DNA of 64,000 bases from an uncultured Candidatus Saccharibacteria bacterium. GTDB lineage: Bacteria > Patescibacteriota > Minisyncoccia > Phycocordibacterales > UBA9973. The DNA lies in the NCBI GenBank assembly GCA_964402895.1, contig CAYODR010000003.1, positions 3,534-67,533 on the forward strand. The letters run 5' to 3'. Positions 10,391 to 19,225 of the stretch are shown piece by piece. The notes beneath the pieces are model-generated. The model was given only the letters and a program-made list of their open reading frames with translations, did no database searches and was not told where the DNA came from. The first letter of the stretch is position 1. Each line of letters begins with the position of its first letter. The position numbers were made by a program, and so were the translations under genes.

Positions 10391-10423
10391 AATAAATTCA
10401 TAGTTTTTCTTAAAAAATAAAAT

Positions 10424-11194
10424 CTAAGATGCACAGCGAACAGGATAATTAGTAGTTAAAAACCCTGTGAGTACATAGCTATCATTAAAACCCTGCACAT
10501 AAGCAACATTGTTTGAACTGATAATAGCAATAGATGGAGTAGATGACCAATAATAATTATTATTAAAACCTACATTACCATTATAATCATATATAGATTT
10601 TAAAACCTCAACAGGTGGGAGTCTTTTGCCCGCTGTTGCGCAAATATTATTTGCACCAATCCAGCCCGATGTCCCACTGTTTGAAGAATCAAGCGTTATT
10701 ACACTCTGAGCATCTACTGCATAATGTCTTTCATTGAAATATACTGCTACACCAAAATTTTTAGTTTCTAAAGAATCTGCTGGGATAAAATTATTAACAG
10801 TATCTCTGGGCACATCACTTGTCCTGACTACACACCTAACCTTATCTGCTCCTGCAATACTTATAAGAGCATCTATCATAGGTTGTATTGAAGCATGAGC
10901 TGTGACGCCTGTTGGATTATATGTACAAAGACCTGCAAATGTACCATTGTCTAAATGATATAGTTGGGCTTGATTTTGAAGATTCTTTAGATTTGATTTA
11001 ATCGCTGCTACTCTGCCACTTGTTCTGGCTGAGTTTAAAGATGCGATGACGACTCCTGCTAGTATTCCAATAATTGCAATTACAACAAGAAGCTCTATTA
11101 AAGTAAAAGCTTTAGATTTTTTTAGAGCAAAGATGCTCTTTTTAGAATAGCACCCCCCTATTTGTCTTTTAGAGTTTATTGGTAAATTTTTCAT
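10424..11194 (-). CDS. type IV pilin-like protein (prepilin N-terminal motif)
   Basis: leader MKNLPINSKRQIGGCYSKK...KAFTLIELLVVIAIIGILAGVVIASLNSAR; Cys-containing C-terminal domain. Confidence 0.8.
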   Translation of the reverse strand: MKNLPINSKRQIGGCYSKKSIFALKKSKAFTLIELLVVIAIIGILAGVVIASLNSARTSGRVAAIKSNLKNLQNQAQLYHLDNGTFAGLCTYNPTGVTAHASIQPMIDALISIAGADKVRCVVRTSDVPRDTVNNFIPADSLETKNFGVAVYFNERHYAVDAQSVITLDSSNSGTSGWIGANNICATAGKRLPPVEVLKSIYDYNGNVGFNNNYYWSSTPSIAIISSNNVAYVQGFNDSYVLTGFLTTNYPVRCAS

Positions 11195-11240
11195 GGTTTT
11201 ATTATATCATAGCATTAGTCCCAAACACTACATCCTATTC
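11195..11240 (-). promoter_or_regulatory. conserved pilin upstream block with TGATATAAT -10 box 6 nt before the ATG
   Basis: reverse complement reads aggatgtagtgtttgggactaatgctatgatataataaaacc ATG, nearly identical to the block upstream of 58401. Confidence 0.45.
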
Positions 11241-11329
11241 AGAGACACGGATAAAAATCTGCTGATTTTTTCCTGTGCTCAGACCAGTCGTCTTCCGCAA
11301 GTCTCTTCATAGGATATATTGTTTGGGAC
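11219..11329. repeat. GC-rich palindromic element, copy A (21-bp terminal inverted repeats gtcccaaacaNtacatcctat)
   Basis: perfect TIR pair flanking a core containing ataaaaatctgctgatttttt; the core is the reverse complement of part of the copy at 58266-58377. Confidence 0.6.
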
Positions 11330-11346
11330 TTTTATATTCACTAACG

Positions 11347-11445
11347 CAAAACAAAGCCTTTTTGCCGTGTCTCGCAGGCTGACTGAGCCGAGAGTCAGGC
11401 AATTTTTCAGCAGAAAAATATGCCGACGGCAAAAAGGCTTTGTTT
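11347..11445. repeat. GC-rich palindromic element, copy B (20-bp perfect TIR caaacaaagcctttttgccg)
   Basis: the core shares cgcaggctgactgagccgag with the 58266 copy and has a central atttttcagcagaaaaat palindrome. Confidence 0.6.
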
Positions 11446-11551
11446 GAAGTGGTGAAGATTTAAAAATAAATAAAATAGTTTTAGAAATTTTTTAAATATT
11501 TTAAGAAATAATCTATAAAAATAACAAATTATATTTATATAAAGTCAATGG

Positions 11552-11579
11552 TTGCATCAAAAAAAGCTTGATATATAAT
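11552..11579 (+). promoter_or_regulatory. sigma70-like promoter for hup (TTGCAT-16-TATAAT) with an ~80-nt structured leader
   Basis: hexamers read directly; the leader contains the aagcttaaagcgtaagctt hairpin. Confidence 0.4.
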
Positions 11580-11661
11580 GTGATAAGCTTAAAGCGTAAG
11601 CTTTTGGCGCACTGATGAATTAGTAGAATAGAATTTCCGAGAGAAATCTCATCTTTAAATT

Positions 11662-11934
11662 ATGAATAAACAAGCACTTGTTGAACTTATCCACGGCAAA
11701 ATCGGAGGTACAAAAGTACAATCTGAAGAAGTAATGGAAAGTCTTATCGACGCAATCGTAAGCACACTTAAAAAAGGAGAAGAAGTTTCTATCGCAGGAC
11801 TTGGTATCTTTTCAGTTAAAGATCGTGCAGCTCGTACTGCTCGCAACCCAAAAACAGGCGAAACAGTAAAAGTAGCAGCGACACGCGTTCCAAAATTCCG
11901 TGCAGCAAAAGCACTAAAAGATGCTGTAAAATAA
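11662..11934 (+). CDS. hup: DNA-binding protein HU
   Basis: 90 aa; GLGIFSVKDRAARTARNPKTGETVKV arm motif of the HU/IHF family. Confidence 0.9.
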   Translation: MNKQALVELIHGKIGGTKVQSEEVMESLIDAIVSTLKKGEEVSIAGLGIFSVKDRAARTARNPKTGETVKVAATRVPKFRAAKALKDAVK

Positions 11935-11990
11935 AACCCAAAACAAAAACACGCAAGTTTTATCTTGCGTGTTTTTGTTTTGGGTTTTAT
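11934..11990 (+). terminator. long-stem rho-independent terminator after hup
   Basis: 23-bp stem aaacccaaaacaaaaacacgcaag/ttgcgtgtttttgttttgggttt. Confidence 0.75.
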
Positions 11991-12048
11991 TGACTTTATA
12001 TATATTTTGTATATATTAGTAAACAGTATGTACCTAAATAATTAAATT

Positions 12049-12330
12049 ATGAGAAAGTTGTTTATTTCAACAGAAGTGCTTCCTGCAAAACAGAGAGATC
12101 TACAAAAGAAAGAAATCGGCAGAAGGGCTGCAAAACAAAAACTTTGGTTTTTGTTTAAACCTTCACTTCCAGAAATTTTGGAGCTGGTAAAGAAAAAGAA
12201 GGTAGAAATTATCAGCGTGTCCGGTTTTGATGAAAATTTCATCAACAATCTAACAGAAAGGCTCAACAAGAGCCTATCCACACATTTTGAATTCTGCAAA
12301 GAATCAAAATGTATTAAAAAAGCTGCGTAG
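12049..12330 (+). CDS. hypothetical small basic protein
   Basis: 93 aa ORF with its own terminator at 12349-12386; no domain recognised. Confidence 0.4.
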   Translation: MRKLFISTEVLPAKQRDLQKKEIGRRAAKQKLWFLFKPSLPEILELVKKKKVEIISVSGFDENFINNLTERLNKSLSTHFEFCKESKCIKKAA

Positions 12331-12348
12331 GCCTCAAATCGTAAGTTA

Positions 12349-12386
12349 CCCGTATCACCAACCACAGTGTGATACGGGCTTTTTTT
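12349..12386 (+). terminator. rho-independent terminator
   Basis: cccgtatcac/gtgatacggg stem followed by a T7 run. Confidence 0.7.
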
Positions 12387-12430
12387 ATACAAAAATCCAC
12401 ATTTACCATTATATACGAAACTAAATACTG

Positions 12431-12501
12431 TGCGGGATAAGGGAATCGAACCCTTCACCTCAGTTTGGAAAACTGATATTTTACCGATAAACTAATCCCG
12501 C
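12431..12501 (-). tRNA. tRNA-Trp (anticodon CCA)
   Basis: cloverleaf read by hand: acceptor GCGGGAT/ATCCCGC, anticodon loop UUCCAAA, T-arm GGTTCGATTCC; no encoded 3' CCA. Confidence 0.85.
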
Positions 12502-12575
12502 TTGTAAAAACTATGATATCAAAATTATTGATTAAAATCAATAATCCCCCGTGCACTTTTAACACGAGGGACTTT

Positions 12576-12797
12576 TTAATTTAAACTGATCCAATACTTA
12601 TTTCCTACCTTAGAGATAAACTCACCCAAGATGTAAGCTTTTGATTCAATCTTTTTTTGAAGCTCAGAAGTTTGATCTTTTACCAAATACCCCTTAAAGG
12701 TATCTTGATTTAAATCATGAATTTCAAGATTATCTCTCTCCATGACCAAAGATACATCTTCTGCCTTATTTTTTAAATTTTGACTTATTTGAAACAT
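12576..12797 (-). CDS. hypothetical small protein
   Basis: 73 aa ORF, no domain recognised. Confidence 0.35.
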   Translation of the reverse strand: MFQISQNLKNKAEDVSLVMERDNLEIHDLNQDTFKGYLVKDQTSELQKKIESKAYILGEFISKVGNKYWISLN

Positions 12798-12828
12798 TTT
12801 TTTAAATTTTACAAACTATATATTAATA

Positions 12829-13587
12829 TTAAGACCTTGTCAATAGCTCTTCATATTTATTTTTTAAATCAGAATAATAATCATTATCATTTGGGAGCAT
12901 TACTTTAACTTCCCTACCTCCTATAAATTCATAAGAAGCATATATTTCTTTCTCATCTTCTTCAGACATATAAGATCTTGATGCTCTACCAAAATCAATC
13001 ACAACAGGATTTCCTGTATTAAAATCAATCATTACATTCTTAGCGTGCAAATCTCTATGATAAATCTTTCTTTCGTGCATTTTGTCCAAAAATGCACGAA
13101 GTTTTTTAAAAAAACTTTTTCCGTCTATATTATCAGGAATCAAATTGGGATTAAGCGAAGCTTCTTCTAGTGTACAACCATTTATATATTCCATAACTAC
13201 TACATGATCTTTGCTCATGTATTTTCTACCATCTGGTTTGAATTTAATTTTCATTGGAGAAACAATAGTTGCATAACCTTTTGGAACTTTCACACCAACA
13301 TCAATATCTTGAAGCTCATTTTGAAAAGCCATTTCTATATCTACATCATTGTTTCCCGGCAGTAAATTATGAACATGCTTAAAACATAAATCAGTATCTT
13401 CATCTGGATATTTAAAAACATCTGCAGTTTTACCAAAACCAACTTTATTTTCACTCGTAAAAATTTGTTCTGCAAAATTACAAAGGTTTTCTTTATAAGC
13501 TTCTTCTTCAAGAGTAGGAAATTTCTCTGATAAAGACTCTCTATCATGAATCTTGATCTGACCTAAAAACTTTTCCATATTTTCCAT
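12829..13587 (-). CDS. protein kinase-like fold protein (HRD and DFG catalytic motifs)
   Basis: GFGKTADVFK Gly-loop-like, YHRDLHAKNVMID catalytic loop, IDFGRA DFG motif. The ORF track extends over tRNA-Pro; the start at MENMEKF (13587) abuts the tRNA. Confidence 0.6.
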   Translation of the reverse strand: MENMEKFLGQIKIHDRESLSEKFPTLEEEAYKENLCNFAEQIFTSENKVGFGKTADVFKYPDEDTDLCFKHVHNLLPGNNDVDIEMAFQNELQDIDVGVKVPKGYATIVSPMKIKFKPDGRKYMSKDHVVVMEYINGCTLEEASLNPNLIPDNIDGKSFFKKLRAFLDKMHERKIYHRDLHAKNVMIDFNTGNPVVIDFGRASRSYMSEEDEKEIYASYEFIGGREVKVMLPNDNDYYSDLKNKYEELLTRS

Positions 13588-13588
13588 G

Positions 13589-13661
13589 TCGGGATGCAGG
13601 GATTCGAACCCTGAGTCACTTCTTCCCAAAAGAAGCATGTTAGCCGTTACACCACATCCCG
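13589..13661 (-). tRNA. tRNA-Pro (anticodon TGG)
   Basis: acceptor CGGGATG/CATCCCG, anticodon loop UUUGGGA, T-arm GGTTCGAATCC. Confidence 0.85.
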
Positions 13662-13704
13662 TGGTACATATCATACTAACAGAAAACTATATATAAATAA
13701 AGAG

Positions 13705-14067
13705 CTAGTCAAAAAATAAATCTATGTTTTGCAAAGACTTCTCTCTCCCTAAAGACACCAAAATAAAACCTATTTTAAAAATTTTAATACCACGACTTAA
13801 GCACAAAAATTCAATAGACCTATGAAACTTCAATAATTTGTTTTTTGTGATATTCTCTCCGGCTGAAACCCTAGAATGATTTTTTGAGGTTTTAACTTCA
13901 AAAAAATATACCCGATCTTCCCTACTTGCTAAAATATCTATTTCACCAAACTTTGTATTTATATTCCTTTCAATGATTATGAAACCCTTTTCTTTTAAAT
14001 ATTCAATTGCCAAGTCTTCTCCTATAAGACCTATTTTTTGACTGTTTGCTGAAAAGACTTTTATCAT
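13705..14067 (-). CDS. yraN: YraN-family (UPF0102) endonuclease-like protein
   Basis: GEDLAIEYLKEKGFIIIERN ... GEIDILA ... FFEVKTS pattern of UPF0102. Confidence 0.75.
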   Translation of the reverse strand: MIKVFSANSQKIGLIGEDLAIEYLKEKGFIIIERNINTKFGEIDILASREDRVYFFEVKTSKNHSRVSAGENITKNKLLKFHRSIEFLCLSRGIKIFKIGFILVSLGREKSLQNIDLFFD

Positions 14068-14180
14068 ATGTCCATAAGTGTTAGATAATAGCTATATTAT
14101 ATATGACCAATTTAAAATCTAGATAAAATTGGACACTTATTGGGCATATTATTTGTCTGTTATCCCACTTAACCACAGAG

Positions 14181-14189
14181 TTATCCACA
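14181..14189 (+). promoter_or_regulatory. perfect DnaA box TTATCCACA (plus a 7/9 box 15 nt upstream)
   Basis: read directly in the intergenic region between yraN and tRNA-Gly. Confidence 0.4.
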
Positions 14190-14296
14190 GTTTTTGTCAA
14201 AAAAGTATAGTTTTCAACATTTACTCACAATACTTTCAAATTTTGTAAAAATAAACAAAACAACTGCCGTCTTATAGACGGCAGTTGTTTATCTTG

Positions 14297-14367
14297 TGCG
14301 GCTACAGGGAATCGAACCCTGGTCTCGTCCTTGGCAAGGACGCATTCTACCACTAAACCATAACCGC
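14297..14367 (-). tRNA. tRNA-Gly (anticodon GCC)
   Basis: acceptor GCGGTTA/TAGCCGC, anticodon loop UUGCCAA, T-arm GGTTCGATTCC. Confidence 0.85.
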
Positions 14368-14451
14368 AAGGTGTATATATTATACTCAGGAATATACTTT
14401 TTGCAATAAATACTTCCCTTTTTATATAGCAAATGCTAAAGTTTAGCTGAT

Positions 14452-14523
14452 GCACCTATGGTGAAATGGATATCACAACTGTCTTCGGAACAGTTATTCT
14501 GGGTTCGAATCCTGGTAGGTGCA
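14452..14523 (+). tRNA. tRNA-Arg (anticodon TCG)
   Basis: acceptor GCACCTA/TAGGTGC, anticodon loop CUUCGGA, T-arm GGTTCGAATCC. Confidence 0.85.
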
Positions 14524-14538
14524 CATAAAGACAAAACT

Positions 14539-16071
14539 ATGAATGAAATAAAAAAAGAAAATATCCCAAACTTTGTTTCACATGTAACAAAAATGCTCCA
14601 AGAGAGCGGCTTTGAAGCCTATCTTGTAGGCGGATGTGTAAGAGATATGCTTATGGGTAAAATACCAAAAGATTGGGATATTACAACGAATGCTATCCCT
14701 GAGCAGATTCAAGAAGTATTTAAAGAATACAAGACTATATATGAAAATAACTTTGGAACAGTCAGCGTACTAAATATTCCCCCTGAAAATGTTTCAGGTG
14801 AAACACGCATGAGTCCAGATCAAGATAATCAAGTTCAAATAACCACATATAGATCAGAAGTTGGATATTCAGACAATAGACGCCCAGATAGTGTTTCATA
14901 TGAAACAAAATTAGAAAAAGATTTAGAAAGGAGAGACTTTACTATCAATGCATTAGCCTTTGACCCATTCAGTGGAGATAAAGGACAAATAACAGACATT
15001 TTTAACGGTTTGTCCGATATAAGGGACAAAACTATAAAATGTGTCCTTGATGCAGATACTCGCTTTAAAGAAGATGCACTTCGTATGATCAGGGCTATTA
15101 GGTTTTCCACAACCTTAGACTTTACTGTTTCATATGAAACACTGAAAGCAATTGAGGATAATAAAGAACTCATTAAAAACTTATCAAATGAAAGAGTTCG
15201 TGATGAATTCATAAAAATCATCAACTCCCCATCTCCTGCATTTGGTATTACCTTAATGGAGAAAACCGGTATTTTGCCATTTATACTCCCTGAAATCATA
15301 GATAGTATTGGATGTGAACAAAAAGGTGCCCATATATATGATGTATACAACCATCTACTTCACGCCCTCCAACATGCAGCAGGTAAGCAATATTCTCTAG
15401 AAATACGCCTAGCTGCCCTGTTTCATGATATTGGAAAGCCAGCCACTCGTAGATACGATGCTAAAAAGGGTAAATATACATTCTTTGGACACGAAGTCGT
15501 AGGCGCAAGAATGACCAAGAAAATACTTGAAAGATTGAACTTTTCACGTGTAACAATAGACTTAGTAGTAAAACTTATCAGAAATCACATGTTTTTCTCT
15601 GATACCGAGCAAATTACCCTTTCAGCTGTTCGTAGAATCATTCAGAACGTTGGTAAAGACCATATCTGGGATCTTATGAAGGTCCGAGAATGTGACAGGG
15701 TTGGGATGAAAAAGGCTGAAGCTCCATATAGACTCAGAAAATACTTTGCCATGATAGATCAAGCTCTTAGAGATCCTATTTCTGTAGGACAGCTTAAAAT
15801 TGATGGTACTTTCCTAATGAAAGAGTTACACATGAAACCGGGCCCTAGAATTGGCTGGATACTACACGCCCTCCTTGAAGAAGTACTAGAGAATCCGGAC
15901 CTAAATACACAAGAATACCTCAAATCTAGATCTGAAGAATTAAATACCCTAGATGACCAAAATCTAAAAGACTTAGGCGAAAAAGCTCAAAAAGCCAAAG
16001 AAAAGGCTGAAAACCAAGAAATCACAGAGTTACACATGAAACATGGTATTTCTAATAAAAAATCCAAGTAA
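14539..16071 (+). CDS. cca: CCA-adding tRNA nucleotidyltransferase with HD domain
   Basis: LVGGCVRDMLMGKIPKDWDITT PolyA-pol head, RDFTINALAFD, HD-domain HDIGKP. The ORF call starts inside tRNA-Arg, so the start is placed at MNEIKKE. Confidence 0.85.
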   Translation: MNEIKKENIPNFVSHVTKMLQESGFEAYLVGGCVRDMLMGKIPKDWDITTNAIPEQIQEVFKEYKTIYENNFGTVSVLNIPPENVSGETRMSPDQDNQVQITTYRSEVGYSDNRRPDSVSYETKLEKDLERRDFTINALAFDPFSGDKGQITDIFNGLSDIRDKTIKCVLDADTRFKEDALRMIRAIRFSTTLDFTVSYETLKAIEDNKELIKNLSNERVRDEFIKIINSPSPAFGITLMEKTGILPFILPEIIDSIGCEQKGAHIYDVYNHLLHALQHAAGKQYSLEIRLAALFHDIGKPATRRYDAKKGKYTFFGHEVVGARMTKKILERLNFSRVTIDLVVKLIRNHMFFSDTEQITLSAVRRIIQNVGKDHIWDLMKVRECDRVGMKKAEAPYRLRKYFAMIDQALRDPISVGQLKIDGTFLMKELHMKPGPRIGWILHALLEEVLENPDLNTQEYLKSRSEELNTLDDQNLKDLGEKAQKAKEKAENQEITELHMKHGISNKKSK

Positions 16072-16090
16072 ATAGTTACACATGAAACAT

Positions 16091-16113
16091 AAAAACGCCC
16101 CAAGGCGTTTTTA
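16091..16113. terminator. bidirectional terminator between cca and the convergent gene
   Basis: aaaacgcc/ggcgtttt stem. Confidence 0.6.
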
Positions 16114-16116
16114 TGT

Positions 16117-16923
16117 TTATTGTTTAAATAACTCTTTAATTTTCACTTTTGTAAAATTGTTGTTTTCGTAATATTTTTCTGGGCTAAAACCATCTTTTGA
16201 TCTATATTTTTCAATTTCATAAAAGCCAGCCTTACAATTTTCAATCTCCTTAACAACAAAATTAGAGAGTTCATAAGGGTGCAACCATTTTGATTGATCA
16301 GTGTCTGTATTAATAAAAGCAAAAGGTCTCGTAATTATCTCGTGTGGACATAAAACAGAAGAAATATTAAAAACAATAGTACTCAAATTATCTTTAATTT
16401 TAACCATTTTTTTCATATAATTCTTAGTTTCTTTAATTGTTTTCCACCAAGAAGTATGAACTTCTGGTTCATATTTATCAGCAAGGCTTCCAAAAATAAC
16501 TGTCTTTGTCCCCCCTCTCCAAATACTACATAAACTATTTATTGCATTTGTATAAGCTTTATAAGTAAGATCCCATGTTTCATCATTAATACCATCTTTA
16601 TTTTTATCATTCTGAATAGATATTTTACCATTATTAGATATTTCAAAAGGATAAAAACCTAAAGAATGAACATAAATAACTTCATCTATGTTAGAAAAAT
16701 CAATTAATTCAAAGAATTTTTTGTAATTATTAATACCACCAATATCACAAATGAGAGTTTTTTGTGGAATTTTTCCATTTATTACAAAATCATCAAGTGG
16801 AGCACCTTTTCTAGAAATACCGTATATAATATTTTTATTATCTTGAGCATATTCTGAAAGTATTGCTGAGCCTATTGCTCCTGTAATACCAGCAATAATA
16901 ACTAATTTTCTTTCTTTTTTCAT
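16117..16923 (-). CDS. NAD(P)-binding Rossmann-fold protein (epimerase/dehydratase-like)
   Basis: LVIIAGITGAIGSA GxxGxxG motif near the N-terminus; the ORF opens at 16959, and the likely start is MKKERKL. Confidence 0.55.
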   Translation of the reverse strand: MKKERKLVIIAGITGAIGSAILSEYAQDNKNIIYGISRKGAPLDDFVINGKIPQKTLICDIGGINNYKKFFELIDFSNIDEVIYVHSLGFYPFEISNNGKISIQNDKNKDGINDETWDLTYKAYTNAINSLCSIWRGGTKTVIFGSLADKYEPEVHTSWWKTIKETKNYMKKMVKIKDNLSTIVFNISSVLCPHEIITRPFAFINTDTDQSKWLHPYELSNFVVKEIENCKAGFYEIEKYRSKDGFSPEKYYENNNFTKVKIKELFKQ

Positions 16924-17031
16924 ACTCCATAAGTATGACATAATTATTTTATAAGTCAAATATTATATCTTTTTTGTATGTTTTGTAAACTTTTATTTTA
17001 CTTTATACAAAAATATGCTAAAATTTTTCAT

Positions 17032-17856
17032 ATGAAACCTTTTAATCCAAGCTCTAAAGAGGACAATATTATCAATATGCTAGCGATAGAATCTCTTTCA
17101 GCAAAAGAAATACTAGAAAAACTAAATGATTTAGAAAAAATAACAAAGCAAGCTTTGTACAAAATCCTAAATCGTCTTATTTTTCAAGAGATATTGGTAA
17201 AACACAATCAAAAATACTCCCTTTCTCGTATTTGGATACAGTCTATGTCTGATTTTATCCTTAAAACAGAGAGTTTATACGGACTTAATTCAGAAAAAAT
17301 AGACTTTTTAAATATTAAAGAGGGGGATAAAATAGAATATTCTTTTAAAAATGCTGTAGATGCTGATAAATTCTGGGGGCATGCTTTTGACTTATTTACC
17401 GATACAATACCCAAAAACCAAGAAATCACAATATATAATCAACATCAATGGTTTTTAATTGTTAGAAAAGATGAAGAACTTATGCTTTTTGATAAAATCA
17501 AAAAACAAGAAAAATACCTTAAAAACTATGTTTCTGGCAAGAATTTTCTAGATGAGTATGTAAGGCAATACTTTGATCAAGAAAGGGTTAAGTATGAAAC
17601 ACTCTCAAACCCCCCCTTTGAAGCAAATAACTATTATGTAAATATTTTCGGAACAAAACTTATTGAAGTATATCTAGACGAAAAAACATCTGAAAAACTG
17701 ACATATCTATATCAAAATACGCATGAATTTAAAGATTCAATACCTGAAAAAATAAAAAAAATTGCAAGCGAAGGAAAAACAAGAATCATAATCTCAAATA
17801 GCCCTAAAAAAGCTAAATACATATTGAAAGAAATAGAAAACTCAAAAAACCTTTAA
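17032..17856 (+). CDS. putative winged-helix transcriptional regulator with C-terminal domain
   Basis: N-terminal wHTH-like LSAKEILEKLNDLEKITKQALYKILNRLIFQEIL; start chosen at MKPFNP. Confidence 0.4.
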   Translation: MKPFNPSSKEDNIINMLAIESLSAKEILEKLNDLEKITKQALYKILNRLIFQEILVKHNQKYSLSRIWIQSMSDFILKTESLYGLNSEKIDFLNIKEGDKIEYSFKNAVDADKFWGHAFDLFTDTIPKNQEITIYNQHQWFLIVRKDEELMLFDKIKKQEKYLKNYVSGKNFLDEYVRQYFDQERVKYETLSNPPFEANNYYVNIFGTKLIEVYLDEKTSEKLTYLYQNTHEFKDSIPEKIKKIASEGKTRIIISNSPKKAKYILKEIENSKNL

Positions 17857-17908
17857 AATAAGGGTTTTTTAGTATATACTTGATTTAGTTTACACTTTAC
17901 TGTAAAGT

Positions 17909-18229
17909 GTGAATATGAAAGATACGACATATTATCAAATAATGAACTATCTAAATCTTCAAAAAAGACCTGTTTCACCGCATGAACTAAGAATGATAAC
18001 TAAGAAAAGTCGAGTCTCAGTACAATCCGCACTTAAAAAGCTCCAGAAAAATGGGTGGCTGATTAAAATCGGTACATCTCCAAAAGTCTTCTATAAAATG
18101 ATTGATCCAAATAAAATAATTTCATCCACACAAGAAGTTACACATGAAACAACCATAGAAAAAGTTGAAAACAGGGGATTACTTGAAAAATTCATATATG
18201 ACTCAAATAGTGTTCTTGGTATTGACTAA
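17909..18229 (+). CDS. small winged-helix DNA-binding protein
   Basis: HELRMITKKSRVSVQSALKKLQKNGWL wHTH pattern. Confidence 0.4.
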   Translation: MNMKDTTYYQIMNYLNLQKRPVSPHELRMITKKSRVSVQSALKKLQKNGWLIKIGTSPKVFYKMIDPNKIISSTQEVTHETTIEKVENRGLLEKFIYDSNSVLGID

Positions 18230-18279
18230 AATAAAAAATGTATTAAGATAATATTCTAGTACATTTTAAACAAAAAAAT

Positions 18280-18426
18280 ATGAAAAAGGGACAGAAAAGT
18301 CAAAAGAAAAAGTATGCTTGGTTTGGCCATGGATCTACAGATCCAAAAAATAACCTAAACAAAAATCAGCAGAAAAACATCAAGGTAGCAAATAAACCCA
18401 TTATCACCCGAAGAAACGGTGGGTAA
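18280..18426 (+). CDS. small basic peptide (48 aa), not in the ORF track
   Basis: ATG..TAA ORF MKKGQKSQKKKYAWFGHGSTDPKNN... followed by a good terminator at 18448-18476. Confidence 0.3.
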   Translation: MKKGQKSQKKKYAWFGHGSTDPKNNLNKNQQKNIKVANKPIITRRNGG

Positions 18427-18447
18427 TAATAGGTTTAAAAAACAGAA

Positions 18448-18476
18448 GGAGGGGTATAGCCCCTCTATTTTTATTT
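18448..18476 (+). terminator. rho-independent terminator
   Basis: gaggggtatagcccctc hairpin followed by a T-run. Confidence 0.55.
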
Positions 18477-18501
18477 TAGATAATAGTTTAAAATATAATA
18501 T

Positions 18502-19137
18502 ATGAAACATTTAATATCTTTTGACCTAGACGGTACTCTAACTACAGAGAATTCATGGTTTTTACTAAATAAAGCTATGGGTTTAACCCAAGAAGAAGAT
18601 AGTGAATTATTTAATGACTATCTATCTGGAAAGATCTCTTACGATGAATGGATGGATCTTATCATTTCTATTTATAAAAATAAGAAAGGGGACTTATCAA
18701 AAGATCAAGTAGATCAAATAGCAAATTCTATAAATATCCGAGAAGGAGCTTTTGAAGTGGTTGAAAAACTCAAATCTATGGGTCATGAAGTGATTATAAT
18801 ATCTGGCTCTGTAGATACAATCTGTAATCAAATAGCTCAAAAACTAAACATAGATACATATCTAACTGCATCACAATTAGTTTTTAATAATGAAAACCAA
18901 ATTACAGACATTGAAACAATGGGGGACGAAAGATCCGCAAAAATGAAACTCTTGAAAAACTATTGTGACCAAAAGGGCTACACGCTAGATATGGTGATAG
19001 CCATAGGAGATGGTGGAAATGATTTAGAAATATTTGAAAATGTTAAAGGTATCTTAATAGGAGAAAATACTGAACTTTCAAATGTTGCATGGAAGAAAGT
19101 GTCTAAACTATCTGAGATACCAGATCTTATGGAATAA
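18502..19137 (+). CDS. HAD-superfamily hydrolase (phosphoserine phosphatase-like, subfamily IB)
   Basis: motif I FDLDGTL, motif IV IGDGGNDLEIF. Confidence 0.75.
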   Translation: MKHLISFDLDGTLTTENSWFLLNKAMGLTQEEDSELFNDYLSGKISYDEWMDLIISIYKNKKGDLSKDQVDQIANSINIREGAFEVVEKLKSMGHEVIIISGSVDTICNQIAQKLNIDTYLTASQLVFNNENQITDIETMGDERSAKMKLLKNYCDQKGYTLDMVIAIGDGGNDLEIFENVKGILIGENTELSNVAWKKVSKLSEIPDLME

Positions 19138-19181
19138 ATTCAAAAAAAATAAACCGCCTATTTTCATAGTCGGTTCAATGT

Positions 19182-19213
19182 GGACGATTTTAATATTAGG
19201 CTCGTCCGTTTTC
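19182..19213 (+). terminator. terminator after the HAD gene
   Basis: ggacga...tcgtcc hairpin followed by a T-run. Confidence 0.5.
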
Positions 19214-19225
19214 CTTTTTCCTTTT

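Noticed and set aside
11617-11660. CUGAUGA heptamer in the hup 5' leader as a possible second hammerhead
   Set aside because: No stem II directly after the heptamer and no properly placed GAAA, so the rest of the core cannot be built.
14225-14455. 76-aa minus-strand ORF
   Set aside because: Completely overlaps tRNA-Gly and the promoter region; artefact.
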